NCBI GenBank assembly: GCA_030390025.1
Contig: CM059432.1
Location: forward strand, 33,358,001 to 33,422,000
Source: Squalus acanthias
Taxonomy: Eukaryota
DNA: 64,000 bases
Direction: 5' to 3'
Part shown: positions 62,331 through 64,000 of the stretch, in pieces
Layout of the letters: every line of letters begins with the position of its first letter
How positions within the stretch are numbered: the first letter of the stretch is position 1
Program-made: the position numbers and the translations under genes
Notes under the pieces: generated by a model
Database searches by the model: none
The model's input: the letters and a program-made list of their open reading frames with translations, nothing else
Told to the model about the DNA's origin: nothing

Positions 62331-62671
62331 AGTTGAAAGGAGGCATGTCGACAGGAGAGAGCAGTCAGGGAGGGATAGAGAGAAAAGGAAAAGAGGGGGA
62401 GAAAGTAGAAAAGTATTGAATGGCTCGGGTCCAGTGGCATATCCAATAATGCAGCACTCCTCTCACTTGGATTGAAGTGTCATCCTACATTATGAGTTGA
62501 AACCAGCATTATATTGTGTTTTACAACGGACTGTAAGGCGTATGCTGAAAGATTGAGTTGGGGAAGCCATGAAGAGTGGGAGGTGGGCCAGTGAGTTGGC
62601 TGGTTTAAAATTCAAATTGTTAGTTATACCCTGCCACAAGAGTACAAAGTGTGAATATTGAGTGCAATAAA

Positions 62672-62921
62672 TAGGAACATAGGACTTGATAGACAATACC
62701 GACCGTGGTCTATCTACTTCGCCTTCTACCATCCTGGTAGTCGCAGTGTCACAATGACAGTGGGGCTATTGACTAATCATAGCAATCAATCTCCAGTCTA
62801 TAACAGACCCAGACATGATGCCAGGAAAAGCCCAGTGATGGAGCTTTGGGAAGAATGGGTCCAAAGTCGCATGTTCCTCCCAAGCACGTTACACTTACCA
62901 CGTCATGTCTCAAATTACTTG
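62672..62921. repeat. Interspersed repeat shared with 13882-14105
   Basis: Direct similarity; begins with a CR1-like aggaacatagga tail. Confidence 0.75.
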
Positions 62922-63285
62922 TAAATTTTCCCATTCTCCACCTCTGACAATCTTACCTTGATGAGCATAAAATTTGCCCTTCTTAAAACACTGCATAATT
63001 CCTAAACGTGTCCTTCAAAATTAACAGCAATTCCATTAACTTGTAAATATTACACATGGTTGGAATTACAATTGCCGTGTGATTACAGAATTAATACCAT
63101 ACTGCTACTTGTTTGATCTGTTTTCACTCCTCTTTTGTCTTTCTAATGTGTTTCCACAGTTTATTGTCCAGCACTAAGCCACCTCTTTCCAGTTTTATCC
63201 AGTAACAACTGCTATTAAATCCACATATTGCATCTTTGTGATAATCACTAGAATCTCTGGCTCTTAGATTTTACTTGTTGTTTTG

Positions 63286-63720
63286 ATCACCCCTGTGCTC
63301 GCTGACCTACATTGGCTCCCGGTCCACCAACGCCTTGATTTTAGAATTCTCATCCTCATGTTCAAATCCCTCCAGGGCCTCTCCCCTCCCTTTCTCTCTA
63401 ACGTCCTCCGAGAACTCGATGTTCCTGCAACTCTGGCCTCTTGTGCATCCCCCACTTCCTTTACCCACTATTGGTGGCCGTGCCTTCAGCCATCTAGACC
63501 CTAAGCTCTGGAATCCCTCCCCAAACCTCTTCGCCTCTCCACCTCTCTCTCCTCCTTTAAGACTCGGTTTAAAACTTACCTCTTTGACTAAGCGTTTGGT
63601 CACCTGTCCTAATGTCTCCTTCTTTGGCTCAGTGTCATTATTTGTCTGATTACGATCCTGTGAAGCACCTTGGGACGTTTTCCTACATTAAAGGTGCTAT
63701 ATAAATAAAAGTTGTTGTTT
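63286..63720 (+). mobile_element. L2 3' fragment
   Basis: ITPVLADLHWLPVHQRLDFRILILMFKSLQG; gttgttgtt tail. Confidence 0.9.
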
Positions 63721-63768
63721 TCTCCTCCCATCTTTGTTTTGTTCAATCCTACATGCAGCCTCATCTAC

Positions 63769-63875
63769 AATTCTGATGAAGGGCCTACATCCAAAACAGT
63801 AACTTATCTTTCCTCTTCCCAGATGCTCATGGCATTCACTGTATATTTCCTTCATTTTCAGTTTTAATTTAGGAT
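63769..63875 (+). mobile_element. Old PLE hammerhead element, decayed
   Basis: aattctgatgaagggcctacatccaaaacagtaact...cagatgct. Confidence 0.6.
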
Positions 63876-64000
63876 TTATATTGCTGCTACTGTTAGAAGT
63901 CCCAAGCCACCTAACATGACCTCCTCCTCCTCCTCAATTCAGGCATCCTCTTCTGTTTGTTTCCTACTACAAGACATGCAGCTGTTTCGACAGGACGCCC

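Overview
Vertebrate genomic DNA, most likely cartilaginous fish (shark-like), judging from the repeat families. It is almost entirely layered transposable-element debris: decayed CR1-clade and L2 LINEs, Penelope-like (GIY-YIG) retroelements, several tRNA-derived SINE families, and a family of Harbinger-like DNA transposons/MITEs with G-rich TIRs and 3-bp TSDs. There is also a CpG-rich 1.7-kb TG...CA solo LTR with a 4-bp TSD. I could not identify any intact, recognisable host protein-coding gene; nearly all ORFs in the track are frameshifted TE fragments or their antisense frames. The most striking signal is a family of short Penelope-derived elements carrying a minimal type I hammerhead ribozyme (7 copies, 2 with intact cores, one inside a 53-bp inverted repeat). 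Other points of interest are deep element nesting, locus-specific duplications of chimeric junctions, and a weak set of candidate minus-strand exons. All family names come from motif recognition and memory, not database searches, and boundaries of old elements are approximate.
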